DNA of 38,495 bases from Alphaproteobacteria bacterium (GTDB lineage Bacteria; Pseudomonadota; Alphaproteobacteria; UBA11222): positions 1 through 38,495 of the forward strand of contig JAHHGO010000003.1 in NCBI GenBank assembly GCA_023252275.1. The letters are read 5' to 3'. The position numbers and the translations under genes are program-made. The stretch's first letter is position 1. Each line of letters opens with the position of its first letter. Positions 1 through 9,743 of this stretch are shown here, piece after piece. The notes beneath the pieces were generated by a model. It ran no database searches. It saw nothing but the letters and a program-made list of their open reading frames with translations, and was not told where the DNA came from.

Positions 1-302
1 TTGCCGGCCGCGCTGGCAGCATAAAGATGCAATTCCTTGTCATGGTGAAAGCGCCCCTCTACCACGGTTTTGCGATAGCGCCAGACATCCGCGTCTATCG
101 GGCCGAAAGGCAAGGGGCTGGCGGGCAGAGCCAGTTGCGTATCGATGGTGGCGATGATTTCGGATTTCCAGTTCAGGCGCTGCAACTGCCACACGCCCAG
201 ACCAATCAGAATGACAAAAGCCGCCAGGGTCATCAGGCTGGGGACAAGCGGAAGCCTTGCGATCAGTCGCGACAGGGCGGGCCGGGGCGCGTCCGAGGTC
301 AT
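1..302 (-). CDS. surf1: SURF1/Shy1 family cytochrome oxidase assembly protein (5' part; runs off the window start)
   Basis: Not in the ORF track. Manual translation from ATG at 302 gives MTSDAPRPALSRLIARLPLVPSLMTLAAFVILIGLGVWQLQRLNWKSEII...YRKTVVEGRFHHDKELHLY. This has a TM helix plus the GxWQLQRLxWK SURF1 signature, and it lies downstream of coxC. Confidence 0.92.
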   Translation of the reverse strand, partial: MTSDAPRPALSRLIARLPLVPSLMTLAAFVILIGLGVWQLQRLNWKSEIIATIDTQLALPASPLPFGPIDADVWRYRKTVVEGRFHHDKELHLYAASAAG

Positions 303-346
303 TTGGGTGCTCTTTTCGGGTAAGAATTCTGACGATTGAATAGCTC

Positions 347-382
347 AAAAGAAGAATACCGCCAATCACTGGCGGTATTCTT
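347..382 (-). terminator. Probable intrinsic terminator after coxC
   Basis: 13-bp perfect inverted repeat AAGAATACCGCCA (352-364) / TGGCGGTATTCTT (370-382), followed on the minus strand by CTTTT. Confidence 0.7.
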
Positions 383-434
383 ATACTGGTTTACGCCTTC
401 ACAAAAGAGGCTGCTTGGTTAGCTGAGCCCCAAA

Positions 435-1229
435 TCAGGTTCTGCCCCAGACATAGATGCAGGCGAACAGGAACAGCCACACCACGTCGACAAAGTGCCA
501 ATACCAGGCGGCGGCTTCAAATCCGAAATGATGGTCCGGCTTGAAATGCCCCATCTCGGAGCGGCCCAGGCATACGATCAGGAAGATCGTACCGACGAGC
601 ACATGGAAGCCATGAAAGCCGGTCGCCATATAAAAGGTCGAGCCGTAAATATTACCCGCAAAGGCAAATGAGGCATGGGAATATTCATAGGCCTGAATGG
701 AGGTGAACAAGGCCCCCAGAATGATCGTCAGGATCAGCCCATAGCGTAATCCCTTGCGGTCGCCATGCTGCAGGGCATGATGCGCCCAGGTTACGGTGGT
801 GCCGGAGGTCAGCAGAATGAGGGTGTTGAGCAGCGGCAAATGCCAGGGATCAAGTGGCTCAATGCCTTCAGGGGGCCAGATGCCGCCGGTTGTGTCCGGG
901 AACAGGCTGGCGTTAAAAAACGCCCAGAACCAGGCCACGAAGAACATCACTTCCGAGGCGATAAACAGCAGCATGCCATAGCGATGATGCAGTTGCACCA
1001 CTGGCGTATGCTGGCCGCGATGCTCGGCTTCGTTAATTACTTCGCGCCACCAGCCGATAAAAGTATAGGCGAGACCGGCAGCCCCCAGGAAAAATATCCA
1101 TGCGGGGCCTTCATGCATGGCGATCACCCCGCCAACCGCGGCGGTAAAGGCACTGATAGCGCCGATAATCGGCCAGGCGCTTGGGTCTACCAGATGATAG
1201 TCATGTTGTGGGGCGTGTGCGTCTGCCAT
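435..1229 (-). CDS. coxC: Cytochrome c oxidase subunit III
   Basis: [12 protein letters not shown] start, [15 protein letters not shown] and [16 protein letters not shown] motifs. Confidence 0.97.
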   Translation of the reverse strand: MADAHAPQHDYHLVDPSAWPIIGAISAFTAAVGGVIAMHEGPAWIFFLGAAGLAYTFIGWWREVINEAEHRGQHTPVVQLHHRYGMLLFIASEVMFFVAWFWAFFNASLFPDTTGGIWPPEGIEPLDPWHLPLLNTLILLTSGTTVTWAHHALQHGDRKGLRYGLILTIILGALFTSIQAYEYSHASFAFAGNIYGSTFYMATGFHGFHVLVGTIFLIVCLGRSEMGHFKPDHHFGFEAAAWYWHFVDVVWLFLFACIYVWGRT

Positions 1230-1240
1230 GCTTTTTCTCT

Positions 1241-1834
1241 TCAGTTGCGCTGAGTGGGACTGGTTGAGCCAGCTATCCTTGGATGGGTAGGATAGAAGGT
1301 GTAGGAAAGCGTGATGGTTTTTACATCCCGCATGTTTTCATCCTCATCAATCGCAGGATCGATGAAATATTGCACGGGCATGTCCATTTCCTGACCCGCT
1401 GCCAGTTGCTGTTCCGTGAAGCAGAAACACTCAATCTTGGAAAAATACACGCCTGCCTTGGCGGGCATGACATTAAATGTCGCGGTGCCGCTTATCGTCT
1501 TGTCCGACAGATTTTTAGCTTTGTAAAAGGCAAGGCCAACCTCGCCGACCTGCAATTTCTGTGAAGCCTGTTCGGGCGCAAACCGCCAGTCCAGATCGCG
1601 TGCCACGCTGGCGTCAAAGCGAACATTAACCTGCCGGGGCAGAACATGGTCCGGTCCGGCATCAGCCCTGTTGGGGGTGCCGCCAAAGCCGGTTAACTGA
1701 CAGAACATGCTGTAGAGAGGGACAGAGGCATAGGACAGGCCAAGCATTCCGGCCACCACCGCAACGCACACGCCTGCAATACGGCGCGATGCCCGTGACA
1801 GGTTCTCCGGATTGCCTTCCCCCGCAGTCATCAT
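1241..1834 (-). CDS. ctaG: Cytochrome c oxidase assembly protein CtaG/Cox11 (CuB chaperone)
   Basis: [18 protein letters not shown], the KIECFCF copper motif and a C-terminal ITLSYTF. Confidence 0.96.
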   Translation of the reverse strand: MMTAGEGNPENLSRASRRIAGVCVAVVAGMLGLSYASVPLYSMFCQLTGFGGTPNRADAGPDHVLPRQVNVRFDASVARDLDWRFAPEQASQKLQVGEVGLAFYKAKNLSDKTISGTATFNVMPAKAGVYFSKIECFCFTEQQLAAGQEMDMPVQYFIDPAIDEDENMRDVKTITLSYTFYPTHPRIAGSTSPTQRN

Positions 1835-1956
1835 GGGGCCCCGCCGCTTAATTTAACCATGGTCACAGCGAACAGCAGCGCCATGATGGCCACCAGAATA
1901 CCGGCGACCGTGAAGTTTTTGGTGCGCTTGCGCTTGTGCAATTCGGTGATCGGCAT
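1831..1956 (-). CDS. Small CoxF-like membrane protein (41 aa)
   Basis: Manual translation: [41 protein letters not shown]. Basic N-terminus plus one TM helix. It starts 1 nt after the ctaB stop and overlaps the ctaG start by ATGA, the usual position of this small gene in alphaproteobacterial cox operons. Confidence 0.8.
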   Translation of the reverse strand: MPITELHKRKRTKNFTVAGILVAIMALLFAVTMVKLSGGAP

Positions 1957-1957
1957 G

Positions 1958-3007
1958 TTATGCGCCGCTTCCCATATTCAGCAGCCCCTCGGCCAGCAGG
2001 GCCGTGAACAGCAGCATCAGATAAAGAATGGAATAGGCGAATAAATGCCGGGCCGGCCTGTCGGCATTATCGCCGGACAGATTTCGCGACTGCCATACCC
2101 GCAGTGCGAAAACGGCAAAGATAAGTCCGAGCACTGCCGCGCTGACGCCATAATAGATGCTGGCAAATCCCATCAGCCAGGGGGCCAGGGTGACCGGGAT
2201 CATCAGGGCGGTATATATCAGGATCTGCTTGCAGGTTTCCAGACGTCCCGCCACGACGGGCAGCATGGGGACGCCGACCTTGGCATATTCCTGACTGCGA
2301 TAGAGCGCCAGCGCCCAGAAATGCGGGGGCGTCCACATAAAGATGATCATGAACAGCACAATGGATTCAACGCTGACCGTACCGGTTACGGCAGCCCAGC
2401 CGATCATCGGCGGAAATGCCCCGGCGGCGCCGCCGATGACAATATTCTGCGGCGTGCGGCGTTTCAGCCACATGGTGTAAATAAACATGTAGAAGCCAAT
2501 GGTCAGCGCCAGCAAGGCGGCGGAGACGGCATTAACCGCAATTCCCATCAGCAGGATCGAGCCGAGCGACAGCGTGACGCCAAGGTTCAAGGCTTCGGCC
2601 GGGGCGACGCGGCCCATTGGAATCGGACGGGTTTTCGTGCGCTCCATCTGCTGATCTATGTCGGCGTCATACCACATATTCAGCGCGCCCGACGCGCCCG
2701 CGCCAATGGCGATGCACAGCAAGGCGATAAAGCCGATCACCGGATTAATGGCGCCGGGGGCCATCATCATGCCGGTCAGCCCGGTAAACACCACCAGCGA
2801 CATGACGCGCGGCTTAAGCAGGGCGAAATAATCGCCTACTGTGGCTTCTTCGGTTTGCGGTTGAATATAGGGCGCGCGGGCAATTTCGCGGCGGGCCGTG
2901 TTGAACAGGCGCGCAGCGGGCGAGGCAATGCCATGGGGCGCGCCGGGTTGCGTATCCGCAGCCTGACTGGTGATCCTGTATGCCGGCCTGTCCTGATGCC
3001 CGTCCAT
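1958..3007 (-). CDS. ctaB: Protoheme IX farnesyltransferase (heme O synthase)
   Basis: [13 protein letters not shown], [19 protein letters not shown], [13 protein letters not shown] and WTPPHFWAL. The start codon is uncertain because of an extension of about 50 aa. Confidence 0.95.
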   Translation of the reverse strand: MDGHQDRPAYRITSQAADTQPGAPHGIASPAARLFNTARREIARAPYIQPQTEEATVGDYFALLKPRVMSLVVFTGLTGMMMAPGAINPVIGFIALLCIAIGAGASGALNMWYDADIDQQMERTKTRPIPMGRVAPAEALNLGVTLSLGSILLMGIAVNAVSAALLALTIGFYMFIYTMWLKRRTPQNIVIGGAAGAFPPMIGWAAVTGTVSVESIVLFMIIFMWTPPHFWALALYRSQEYAKVGVPMLPVVAGRLETCKQILIYTALMIPVTLAPWLMGFASIYYGVSAAVLGLIFAVFALRVWQSRNLSGDNADRPARHLFAYSILYLMLLFTALLAEGLLNMGSGA

Positions 3008-3096
3008 TTCTTTAACCCGGAAAATTGCTAATTATTAGGCTTGGCGGAGCTTAGCGTTTTTATTGGCGAACTGAAACAATGAAGATCGAACCCTGA

Positions 3097-3129
3097 TTCC
3101 GGATGGGCGTTAACCCTGCCCATCCGGAA
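3097..3129 (-). other. Intercistronic GC-rich hairpin between coxA and ctaB
   Basis: 12-bp perfect stem TTCCGGATGGGC (3097-3108) / GCCCATCCGGAA (3118-3129) with a 9-nt loop. There is no clear U tract on the minus strand. Confidence 0.6.
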
Positions 3130-3143
3130 ACCGTGTCCGGTTA

Positions 3144-4751
<1,608 letters not shown>

Positions 4752-4793
4752 CTAGCTACTCTCTCTGTCTTTTCAAATCATTGGTCACGCGAT

Positions 4794-5648
4794 TTAGCGG
4801 ACTGTGGCGGCTGACGCCAGTCCGACGGGCTGCTGCACCGGAGACGAGGCGTGTTTAACTTTGGCTTCCTCAAGCCAGGCTGCAAAAGCCTTCTTGCTGA
4901 CTACCTTCAGGGCCATTGGCATGAAGGCATGCCGCGAGCCGCAGATTTCCGAGCATTGGCCATAGAAGGTGCCTTCGCGCGTGGCCTTGTACCAGGTTTC
5001 ATTCAACTGTCCCGGCACGGCATCGATTTTCACACCCATAACCGGCATTGCGAAAGCATGGATGACATCGGATGCCGTTGTCTGCACCCGAATCGTCGTA
5101 TCCACGGGCACTACGATATCATTGTCCACGGCCAGCAGGCGCGGCGCGTCAGCGGGACGGTCGGCGTCTTCCAGCATGGTGATGTCGTAGGTTAGCGAAT
5201 CATGATCAGGATATTCGACGTTCCAGAACCATTGGTTGCCCGTCAATTTCAGGGTCATTTCTGCTTCGGGCACCACGTCGGCCCGATAAAGCAGCCGGAA
5301 CGAGGGGATGGCCATCACCACGAGAATTATAATCGGGACCACCGTCCAGATGATTTCAAGCGGGGTATTATGCGTATTGGTCGACGGAACAGGATTGGCC
5401 CGCGAATTGAAGCGCAGCATCACATATAGCAGCAGCGCCAGTACAAACAGCGTGATGCCGGTGATCAGGATAAGCAGGATATGATGAAAGCTGGTGATGT
5501 TTTCCATGACAGGCGAGGCGGCCGGTTGGAAGCCCATCTGCCAATTGTAAGCTGTTTCAGCCAGCGCTGAGCCAGCGGATAAAAAAACCGCAAGGGCGGC
5601 GCCTAATGCTAGCCGCGCTGAGCAGCAGAACCGGGTAATAGAAGACAT
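4794..5648 (-). CDS. coxB: Cytochrome c oxidase subunit II
   Basis: Signal peptide, two TM helices, HNTPLEIIWT, and CuA ligands DVIH...GQCSEICGSRHAFM. Confidence 0.97.
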   Translation of the reverse strand: MSSITRFCCSARLALGAALAVFLSAGSALAETAYNWQMGFQPAASPVMENITSFHHILLILITGITLFVLALLLYVMLRFNSRANPVPSTNTHNTPLEIIWTVVPIIILVVMAIPSFRLLYRADVVPEAEMTLKLTGNQWFWNVEYPDHDSLTYDITMLEDADRPADAPRLLAVDNDIVVPVDTTIRVQTTASDVIHAFAMPVMGVKIDAVPGQLNETWYKATREGTFYGQCSEICGSRHAFMPMALKVVSKKAFAAWLEEAKVKHASSPVQQPVGLASAATVR

Positions 5649-5871
5649 CTATTTTTCCTGTTGTTTTTCCCACACCGAGTCAGTCCCCGCCAACCCGAAT
5701 TCAACGCATCACAAACCACAGTCGGCAGCAAACTGCAAGCGCAGAACATAATACCTGAAAAAAACTGTGGTGATAAAATGGCTCATTTGCGCCAGCAATT
5801 GAGAATAGTTACCATTTGCGCCCCTCAGAGCGGCTGCAAAGCAGTCAACGCGATGGATGACATGTTTTAAT

Positions 5872-6420
5872 TTATGGTTTGGGCTGCCGGTATGTGGCGG
5901 CGCGCGCCGCATCGCCCTCTGCGGCCACCTCATAGAGCGGCTTTAGCATGGTTGCTATATCTATGCGTCCCTGGTCCATGGATTGTTGTAGCGCCCAGAT
6001 CAATTTGTCGCTGAGCCTTCGGGTATATTCAGGCACTTCCGGATCAACGCCTCCGCCCAATGGAGGCCGGTTGCCGCTGGCTGTGCGCGTGTCCACGGCC
6101 ACCTGTTCCGCCTTGCGCGCTTCCTGCGCGATCACTCCCAAAACCGCCGCCAGTTGCGGCAGATCCATTTCCAATGATTGCTCTATGGCCCAGATCAGCT
6201 TATCCGAAAGCCGGCGCGTGTAGCGGATCGTGTCGCCCTTATCGAGTATGCTCTGCCGAACGGCCAGCCACTTTTTGTACTCGGCAAGATCATTGGCTAC
6301 AACCGCGTCGGCCAGCGCCCGCGCGGCGACATTCTGCGCCGAAGGCCCATGCCTGCCGATCAGCGAATCGGCCAGGTCTGAAATTTCCTGCGCATTGGCC
6401 ACACTTGGGGACATATTCAT
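5872..6420 (-). CDS. Hypothetical helical protein with a duplicated YTRRLSDKLIWA module
   Basis: 182-aa ORF with GGGAG just before the ATG. An internal 12-aa repeat is conserved at protein level but synonymously diverged, which supports real coding. Confidence 0.85.
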   Translation of the reverse strand: MNMSPSVANAQEISDLADSLIGRHGPSAQNVAARALADAVVANDLAEYKKWLAVRQSILDKGDTIRYTRRLSDKLIWAIEQSLEMDLPQLAAVLGVIAQEARKAEQVAVDTRTASGNRPPLGGGVDPEVPEYTRRLSDKLIWALQQSMDQGRIDIATMLKPLYEVAAEGDAARAATYRQPKP

Positions 6421-6553
6421 AACTCCCGGCAGGTTGCACTGTTTTCAATGGCTTTGGATTACTATATTCAGTGTATTATATATGCCGCAGTGATTTGCAT
6501 AGGCGATTGCCGCATCAGTTCAACACAGTTTGACCGCCCGAAAGGAATGAAAA

Positions 6554-8011
6554 TTGACCGATGCAGCATCCAGAGGCGGATTTTCCGGCCAGACATCTGA
6601 GCATCTTTTCTTCAATCAGTCTGGTATGGACCGGCGCCGGGTGCAGTCGATTGTTGATGACGCCCTTAATCGCGGCGATGATGGTGAATTGTTCCTGGAA
6701 TATTCGGTTTCGGAAAGCTTCGTATTTGACGATGGCAGGCTTAAAAATGCGGCCTTTGATACCGGCCAGGGCTTTGGATTGCGGTCTGTGGCGGGTGAGG
6801 CCACCGGCTATGCCCATGCCGCCGAATTAAGCGAATCGGCGATTGCCCGGGCGGCCCAAACCGTTCGAGCGGTGCAGAGCGGCAAGTCCGGACAAGTATC
6901 AGCAGGCCCTGTGCGGACTAATCAGTCACTGTACAGTCCGGATAATCCGCTGGATACGGCCAGCTTCGAGACCAAGATCAAGCTTCTGGAAGATATCAAC
7001 GCCTATGCCCGCAGTCTGGACCCGCGGGTGCGCCAGGTTTCCTGCTCGCTGGCGGGAGAATGGCGGGTGGTGGAGATTATCCGCCCGGGCGGAGAAAGTG
7101 TTCATGATATCCGGCCCTTGGTCCGCCTGAACGTGTCTGTCGTGGCGGGTGACGGCGACCGCCAGGAATCCGGCAGCTATGGGGCGGGTGGACGTAACGG
7201 TTATACTGCCTATCTTTCACCAGAAAACTGGCAGCCTTTTGTAAAGGAGGCGCTGCGGCAGGCGCTGGTCAATCTGCAATCCGTTCCCGCTCCGGCGGGT
7301 GAGCAGATGGTTGTGCTGGGGCCGGGCTGGCCCGGAATTCTGCTGCATGAAGCGATCGGGCATGGTCTGGAAGGCGATTTCAACCGTAAGAAAACCAGTG
7401 CTTTTGCGGGCTTGCTGGGGCAACAGGTGGCGGCGAAGGGGGTCACCATCGTGGATGATGGCACTTTGCCCGGGCGGCGCGGCTCATTAAGTGTGGATGA
7501 TGAGGGAACCCCTACCGCAAATACGGTATTGATAGAGGATGGCATCCTTAAAGGCTACATTCATGACCGGCTCAATGCCCGGTTGATGGGTATGACCCCA
7601 ACGGGCAATGGCCGCAGGCAATCTTATGCCCATATGCCCATGCCGCGCATGACCAATACCTATATGCTTTCTGGCGCAAATGACCCGGCGGAAATTCTCG
7701 CCTCGGTAAAAAATGGCATTTATGCCGTTTCCTTTGGCGGCGGGCAGGTTGATATTACCAGTGGAAAATTCGTCTTTTCATGCACCGAAGCCTATCGCAT
7801 TGAAAATGGCAAGGTTGGCGCGCCCATCAAGGGCGCGACGCTGATCGGCAATGGTCCTGAGGTGCTGAAGCGGGTGGCCATGATTGGAAATGACATGCAA
7901 CTGGACCCAGGCATCGGCACCTGCGGCAAAAGCGGGCAGGGCGTTCCGGTCGGGGTCGGCTTGCCGACGATACGGATCGATGGGCTGACAGTTGGGGGTA
8001 CTGCGGGCTGA
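6554..8011 (+). CDS. tldD: Metalloprotease TldD
   Basis: GILLHEAIGHGLEGDFNRK (HExxGH), GNGRRQSY...PMPRMTNT and CGKSGQGVPVGVG. TTG start with an AAAGGA RBS. It sits near coxB as is common in Alphaproteobacteria. Confidence 0.96.
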   Translation: MTDAASRGGFSGQTSEHLFFNQSGMDRRRVQSIVDDALNRGDDGELFLEYSVSESFVFDDGRLKNAAFDTGQGFGLRSVAGEATGYAHAAELSESAIARAAQTVRAVQSGKSGQVSAGPVRTNQSLYSPDNPLDTASFETKIKLLEDINAYARSLDPRVRQVSCSLAGEWRVVEIIRPGGESVHDIRPLVRLNVSVVAGDGDRQESGSYGAGGRNGYTAYLSPENWQPFVKEALRQALVNLQSVPAPAGEQMVVLGPGWPGILLHEAIGHGLEGDFNRKKTSAFAGLLGQQVAAKGVTIVDDGTLPGRRGSLSVDDEGTPTANTVLIEDGILKGYIHDRLNARLMGMTPTGNGRRQSYAHMPMPRMTNTYMLSGANDPAEILASVKNGIYAVSFGGGQVDITSGKFVFSCTEAYRIENGKVGAPIKGATLIGNGPEVLKRVAMIGNDMQLDPGIGTCGKSGQGVPVGVGLPTIRIDGLTVGGTAG

Positions 8012-8126
8012 CGGGCTTTCCCATTTCAGCCAGGGCGATCCTGTTTCCCACGGAAAAATACTCGCCGGTAGCACCCCCCAATTATGCGTTGAATCCCTGT
8101 ATCACTAAATCTTGATCGGCGCAGGA

Positions 8127-8167
8127 CATAGGATATCCCTGAGGATATCCCTGAGGATATGCCTATG
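8127..8167. repeat. 12-bp tandem repeat (about 3 units) with overall dyad symmetry
   Basis: AGGATATCCCTG (8130-8141), AGGATATCCCTG (8142-8153), AGGATATGCCTA (8154-8165), bounded by CATAGG / CCTATG. Confidence 0.85.
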
Positions 8168-8209
8168 CTCCCCCTTAATAACGTTTTGTTGAATTGTGCA
8201 TCCGGACTG

Positions 8210-8257
8210 CTCCATGTCAGGTTGCCTCAGGGAGTGAACCTGACAATCCGCATGGAG
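8210..8257 (+). promoter_or_regulatory. Putative RBS-sequestering leader hairpin upstream of the DUF1329 gene
   Basis: TGTCAGGTT (8215-8223) pairs with AACCTGACA (8237-8245). CTCCATG (8210-8216) pairs with CATGGAG (8251-8257), which contains the SD GGAG. Confidence 0.5.
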
Positions 8258-8265
8258 AACCATAA

Positions 8266-9639
8266 ATGACAACCAAGAATATTCTTTTTACTGCGGCGAT
8301 TGCGGGGCTGCTGTCTTCAGCGGCTTTTGCTGGTGTGCCGCCAGAAGTGGCCGATCGTCTTGGCAAGGATCTGACGCCGATGGGCTCGCAGAAATCGGGC
8401 AACAAGGAAGGCACGATCCCGGAATGGACGGGCGGCCTGTCTCATCCGCCGTCGAATGTCACGTACAAGATCGGCGACCGTCACCCGGATCCGTATGCGG
8501 ATGACAAGATACTGTTCACCATCACGGCTGCGAACATAGGGCAGTACGAAAAGAACCTGGGCGAATTGCCCAAGGCGATGTTCAAGAGCTATCCTGACAC
8601 GTACAAGGTGAATGTCTATCAGACCCGCCGCTCTTGCGCGCAGCCGCCCGCGGTGTATGAAGTAGTGAAGAGCAACGCGCTCAACAGCGTCGGCTCACCA
8701 ACCGGCGCAGGCTTCACGGGCGCCATCCGTTCCACGGCGTTCCCGATTCCGAGCACTTCCCAGGAAATAATGTGGAACCATAAGCTGAAGTTCCGCAATT
8801 TCAAGGCAACCCGCCAGTTCGGCTTTGCCGCGCCTACCCGCAGCGGCGACTTTACGCTCTATGTTGCGCAGGATGATGTATATCAGATGTATGGCGATCC
8901 TGCGGTGAAGGATGTGTCGGAACTCAATAACATCTCACTCAAATATATCTCGAACACCATCGCTCCGGCGCGGAGTGCGGGTAATGTGGTCCTGATTCAT
9001 GAAACCATCAACGTTTCGGAAGGGGCGCGCAAGGCCTGGGTGTACAGCCCTGGCACCCGTCGCGTCCGCCGCGCGCCGAACATCGCCTATGATAACCCGC
9101 TGACCAACTCGGATGGCATGGACGCCACTGACAATTTCGGCGGCTATAATGGCGCCACTGACCGTTATGACTGGTCCTATGTCGGGCGTCAGGAAGCCTA
9201 TATGCCCAACAACAATTTCCGGTTTGCGCAACGTGACCTGCAATACAAGGACATCCTGATCCCCGGCGGCCATCTAAATCAGGATGTTGTGCGTTACGAG
9301 TTACAGCGCGCACATATTCTGGAGGCCAATGTTCGTCCGGAAACCCGGCATATCTATCCGCGGCGGCAATTCTGGATTGAGGAAGATAGCTGGTTTGTAT
9401 TGCAGAATACCGCCTATGACGCGCGTGGCGACATGTGGCGGCTGCACGAACAGTTCTCCATGACCTATTACGAGGTTCCGGTTTGTGACCGCGTCGGCGC
9501 GGCCACCTATGATCTGAATGCGGGCCGTTATCTCGCCGGGTCTTTGGTCAATCAGGAGGCTCAGATCAGCTGGAATGCCGACGAACTGAAGGAGGATCGC
9601 TACACTCCCGACGCGATCCGCCGGCTGGGTGTCCGTTAA
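8266..9639 (+). CDS. DUF1329 domain-containing exported protein (LolA-like / lipoprotein-sorting fold family)
   Basis: Signal peptide ending AFA; LTPMGxxxxGNKEGTIPEWTGG, RKAWVYSPGTRRVRRAP and GYNGATDRYDW motifs typical of DUF1329. Confidence 0.88.
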   Translation: MTTKNILFTAAIAGLLSSAAFAGVPPEVADRLGKDLTPMGSQKSGNKEGTIPEWTGGLSHPPSNVTYKIGDRHPDPYADDKILFTITAANIGQYEKNLGELPKAMFKSYPDTYKVNVYQTRRSCAQPPAVYEVVKSNALNSVGSPTGAGFTGAIRSTAFPIPSTSQEIMWNHKLKFRNFKATRQFGFAAPTRSGDFTLYVAQDDVYQMYGDPAVKDVSELNNISLKYISNTIAPARSAGNVVLIHETINVSEGARKAWVYSPGTRRVRRAPNIAYDNPLTNSDGMDATDNFGGYNGATDRYDWSYVGRQEAYMPNNNFRFAQRDLQYKDILIPGGHLNQDVVRYELQRAHILEANVRPETRHIYPRRQFWIEEDSWFVLQNTAYDARGDMWRLHEQFSMTYYEVPVCDRVGAATYDLNAGRYLAGSLVNQEAQISWNADELKEDRYTPDAIRRLGVR

Positions 9640-9663
9640 ACCGGTTATCGTCCCATCTTAAAG

Positions 9664-9695
9664 AAAACGGGCCGCCCAGAAGCGGCCCGTTTTTT
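9664..9695. terminator. Bidirectional intrinsic terminator between convergent genes
   Basis: AAAACGGGCCGC (9664-9675) / GCGGCCCGTTTT (9682-9693), with an A tract before and a T tract after. Confidence 0.88.
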
Positions 9696-9743
9696 GTGAC
9701 GTCTGTTTGGATATTGTACGCTTTGTTCCGATCAACAACTGGT

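Noticed and set aside
40-369. Track ORFs 27..323+, 40..369- and 145..339+
   Set aside because: They overlap the real SURF1 frame (ATG at 302, minus strand), which the track missed because it has no stop inside the window.
2045-3031. 328-aa plus-strand ORF
   Set aside because: Antisense shadow of ctaB. Its His/Gln/Arg-rich composition is typical of the reverse frame of a GC-rich membrane-protein gene.
5661-5933. Short ORFs upstream of coxB (69 aa and 74 aa)
   Set aside because: No recognisable motif or RBS; they lie over the probable coxB promoter region and one overlaps the 182-aa gene.
6554-8011. tldD without tldE/pmbA, or as a RiPP-cluster marker
   Set aside because: Housekeeping tldD near coxB with unlinked pmbA is normal, and there is no precursor peptide or YcaO gene nearby.
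8127-8167. Possible mini-CRISPR or IS end
   Set aside because: The units are 12 bp, directly adjacent with no spacers, and no cas or transposase gene is present.
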